A stretch of 16,103 nucleotides of DNA from the NCBI GenBank assembly GCA_000388065.2, contig KB932207.1; one strand, 5' to 3'. This document shows, one piece after another, positions 10,028 to 16,103 of the stretch. The DNA is from Fonticula alba ATCC 38817 (Eukaryota > Protista > Nucleariida). Position numbers and translations under genes: made by a program. Under the pieces are notes generated by a model. The model did not search any database. It saw only the letters and a program-made list of their open reading frames with translations, and was not told where the DNA came from. The stretch's first letter is position 1; every line of letters starts with the position of its first letter.

Positions 10028-10379
10028 CCGAGCGGGCAAGCCACAGCGCCGGGGAGGCAGGAGAAGGATGTGCGATGTGCGATGTGCGGTGTGCAAGCAA
10101 CAAGCAATCGGGACAGGGCGAGAGCGAAAAGGCGGCCAGGAACAGGGGCAGGGGTGGCCAGCGCTTGGCCGCTGGAGGATGGCCGCCTGCCCACCAGGAG
10201 GGGGCACACCCACGCTCAGATCGCGGAAAAGGGGCGATCGGCCAGGATGGTGGCGCCATGGTCATGTGATGTGCGTATATTCGGGCATCGGCCACCAGTA
10301 CACGGTACTTGGTGGCCCACGGCAGGGCGTGGGAGTCAAGGACAGGGAGAAGAACGGAGCGAGCAAGGGGGAAAGACAG

Positions 10380-10430
10380 NNNNNNNNNNNNNNNNNNNNN
10401 NNNNNNNNNNNNNNNNNNNNNNNNNNNNNN
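10380..10430. other. Assembly gap (51 N)
   Basis: Run of N. Confidence 0.99.
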
Positions 10431-10703
10431 ACAGGCGCCAGGGTGGATTTTTCCTCTCCTCCCCCGCTTTCCCTCCCTCCCTCTCTCTCTGCCCCGGAGC
10501 GCCTCTCTCTTCATATCTTTCTCATGGGGGCAATAGCTAGGAGAGAGGGGGAACACAAAGGAAGGCAGAAAATGGGTGTGTGCGTGTGTGCGTGTGTGTG
10601 TGCGTGTGTGGAGGGGGAGGAGGACAGAAACAGGGGAGGGAGTCTTCCTTCAAGTGCGTGTAAGCGTGCACGTCGTCGCCACCATCGTTGCCGCCGTCGT
10701 CGG

Positions 10704-10705
<2 letters not shown>

Positions 10706-10741
<36 letters not shown>
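10706..10741. repeat. (GCA)12 trinucleotide repeat, reading (CTG)n on the RhoGEF transcript strand
   Basis: Perfect 36-nt run starting 3 nt past the TAA stop (10745-10747). Confidence 0.95.
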
Positions 10742-10742
<1 letters not shown>

Positions 10743-10744
10743 TA

Positions 10745-15457
<4,713 letters not shown>

Positions 15458-15722
15458 GGCTGGCACGAGGCTAGAGGGGAGAAAGGGACAACGCAAGCGA
15501 CTGGGCGGGAGGCAAGCGGAGAAAAAGCAGCAGCGCAACAGGCAGGGGGGGGAGGAGGGGGAGTGGGATGGGGGGCCGGGTCCTGGGCGGGGAACAAGGG
15601 GGGGACAAGAAAAAGCTCCCATGCGGGCGGTGCTGTGACCCGCGCCGTGTCTATCGGCCCGGGACCAAACGTGGGAGGGGCACTCTCGTCCAAGGGACAG
15701 AGTCAGAGCAAAAGAGGGAGCC

Positions 15723-15732
<10 letters not shown>

Positions 15733-15770
<38 letters not shown>
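15733..15770. repeat. (GA)n plus G homopolymer upstream of the RhoGEF gene
   Basis: About 14 GA units followed by G10. Confidence 0.92.
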
Positions 15771-15998
15771 ATAATCAAAGGCCTCATACCCTGCAGCACT
15801 GTGACCCGGGAGTCGCGCCGGTCGATCTGCATGTGGGCGCACGCAGTGGCACTGGGCTGCCGGCGCCAACTCGCCCGCCGCCCCCCCCCCCCGCGCCCGC
15901 GCTTCTGGCAGCCCCCCCCCTCCTCAATCACCCCCCCGTCTTCGGACATCGCTGCGGCCTTCCCACCTGCCACCAACCCCCCCTCCTCCCGCCACCCG

Positions 15999-16063
<65 letters not shown>

Positions 16064-16068
16064 CCCCC
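15999..16068. repeat. Long poly-C homopolymer
   Basis: 62 consecutive C (15999-16060), then tccccccc. Confidence 0.92.
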
Positions 16069-16069
16069 G

Positions 16070-16103
16070 TTGGTCGGCGGCCCCCGCACACATCGGAAAA
16101 GGG
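16070..16103 (+). repeat. 34-bp dispersed direct repeat, copy 2 (truncated by the window end)
   Basis: Identical to 8409-8442. Confidence 0.9.

Noticed and set aside
10140-10310. Exon-like, non-repetitive stretch upstream of the PADR1 gene (MAPPSWPIAP...)
   Set aside because: No consensus donor in the needed phase and no recognisable motif; may be UTR or an alternative start.
15790-15832. Possible extra 5' exon of the RhoGEF (MQIDRRDSRVTVLQ, GTATGA donor at 15789)
   Set aside because: The donor fits, but the frame-compatible acceptors are a weak GAG or a non-first AG; not supportable without transcripts.
15999-16103. Telomere at the right end
   Set aside because: A pure C homopolymer, not a tandem telomeric unit, and unique sequence follows it.

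Overview
Gene-dense, very GC-rich eukaryotic DNA (roughly 70% by eye) with short GT-AG introns (107-290 nt), many microsatellites and G/C homopolymers, and two N gaps. The style fits a unicellular opisthokont such as Fonticula, but the organism cannot be proven from the window. Splicing by hand gives five intact genes whose exon phases all close: FMC1 (+, 1943-2550); a 6-exon type II membrane POMK/PKDCC-like secretory-pathway kinase (-, 2863-5325); PEX12 (-, 6035-8172); a PARP1-N-terminus-like zinc protein with a PADR1/Zn3 domain and no catalytic domain (-, 8499-9920); and a ~1341-aa DH-PH RhoGEF whose DH-PH unit appears to sit inside a split, probably inactive RapGAP domain (-, 10745-15457). 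A partial unknown gene runs off the left edge. Most long ORFs in the track are antisense shadows or intron read-through. Family calls come from recalled motifs of the human and yeast proteins, not from a database search.
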